Positions 63,158 through 64,000 of a stretch of DNA of 64,000 bases are shown here, one piece after another. The DNA is from Squalus acanthias. Lineage: Eukaryota. The stretch is taken from contig CM059430.1 in NCBI GenBank assembly GCA_030390025.1, forward strand, positions 160,332,001 through 160,396,000. The letters are read 5' to 3'. The position numbers and the translations under genes are program-made. Numbering within the stretch: the stretch's first letter is position 1; each line of letters starts with the position of its first letter. The notes under the pieces are model-generated. The model had not been told where the DNA came from. It made no database searches and was given only the letters and a program-made list of their open reading frames with translations.

Positions 63158-64000
63158 GGCCGCGATTTTGCCGGCGCTCAGAGAGCGGGTTTGGAGGCAG
63201 ATCAGGAGTGAAAATCTAAATGATTGACGGCGGGTTGCGAACCCTCCGCCATCCCGCCTCCACACAACTTTGCAAAGTGTCGGGTCTGCGAGTCCCGATC
63301 AGACCCGACACCAAGCGGCGGGAGAGGCACTTAAGGCAGTTAACAGCTTGTTAACTACCTACATAATCCCATTTTACCAGGCTCCTCCCATTTTACGACA
63401 TTGTCAGCGTGTTGCCCGTCGTGCGCCAAACACGCCAGCTGATTGTGCCGGGTTCAGCAACTACCTGAATTCTTGACAGCTGCTCCTGCAGCATAAAAGC
63501 GGACGTGTAACATGGCTGACTTTCAGATGACAGAACTTTGTGTTTTGAGGTTTTGGAACACATTTTGCAGGTCTATTGAGCTTGTAAGTGTATAAGCTGA
63601 GATCCATATGCACTGTGACCTCCTTGGAATACCCTCTGGCCACATTGATTGAGCACTTATAACATCTATTCCTCAACTGAGATATATACCAACAGATTGG
63701 GAACCATTTATACCCTCTCCTCCTGGTCCTCAGAATCGGAGGAAGAGCAGCCGCGGCAGCAGCAGAACCAGGCACAACAGCAGCAGCAACAACAGGAACG
63801 CCAACCTCCTCCTCAGCCACCTGATGCTGCACAGGGCAGAGGGCGTCAGTGCAGGGCTACACCTCGCCGCAGGAGATACCCCCAACACAGGGTTTACAGG
63901 CAGAGGATAAGCTTCCTCAACATGACTGAGCAGCAGTGCCAAAGGAGGCTGAGACTTTCGCGAGAGGTAGTCGCTGACATCTGCACAATGCTGCACCAAT
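63158..64000 (+). mobile_element. PIF/Harbinger transposon left end, runs off window; inserted in a Deu-SINE head
   Basis: The GGCCGCGATTTTG terminus and about 200 bp are homologous to the end of MITE 44068-44944. A transposase-like frame follows. Confidence 0.75.
63697..64000 (+). CDS. Harbinger/HARBI1-like transposase N-terminus (partial, not in ORF track)
   Basis: Open for 101 codons to the window end, from a TTG rather than ATG. A Gln-rich leader precedes RRRYPQHRVYRQRISFLNMTEQQCQRRLRLSREVVADICTMLHQ. Confidence 0.7.
   Translation, partial: MGTIYTLSSWSSESEEEQPRQQQNQAQQQQQQQERQPPPQPPDAAQGRGRQCRATPRRRRYPQHRVYRQRISFLNMTEQQCQRRLRLSREVVADICTMLHQ

Noticed and set aside
63461-63999. Minus-strand ORFs 63461-63832 and 63730-63999
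   Set aside because: Antisense shadows of the CAG-rich plus-strand transposase frame.

Overview
Vertebrate genomic DNA, most likely from a cartilaginous fish (shark), judged by HE1/V-SINE, Deu-domain SINE, shark-type CR1 and Penelope repeats. The one clear host gene is GAB3 on the + strand. Nine coding exons (16812-53344) splice GT-AG in consistent phase to about 591 aa. The first coding exon is not recognisable and probably lies upstream. A long 3'UTR probably runs to an AATAAA at about 59955. The introns are dense with mobile elements: a young 5'-truncated CR1 LINE with two frameshifts, many PIF/Harbinger-type MITEs plus the start of a transposase-bearing Harbinger at the window end, two TA-flanked Tc1/mariner-pogo-type MITEs, several SINE families, and Penelope-like elements carrying minimal hammerhead ribozymes. 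Three things stand out. (1) A TA-flanked TIR element appears to have captured the N-terminal coding segment of an HSP70 gene. (2) Two TSD-flanked palindromic Penelope/hammerhead insertions are present: a 738-bp near-perfect hairpin in intron 2 and a 152-bp one in the inferred 3'UTR. (3) The CR1 family carries a tandemly duplicated 3' tail. No prokaryotic-type system is present. Repeat boundaries were read by eye and are approximate unless a TIR or TSD is quoted. Family names come from recall, not a database search.
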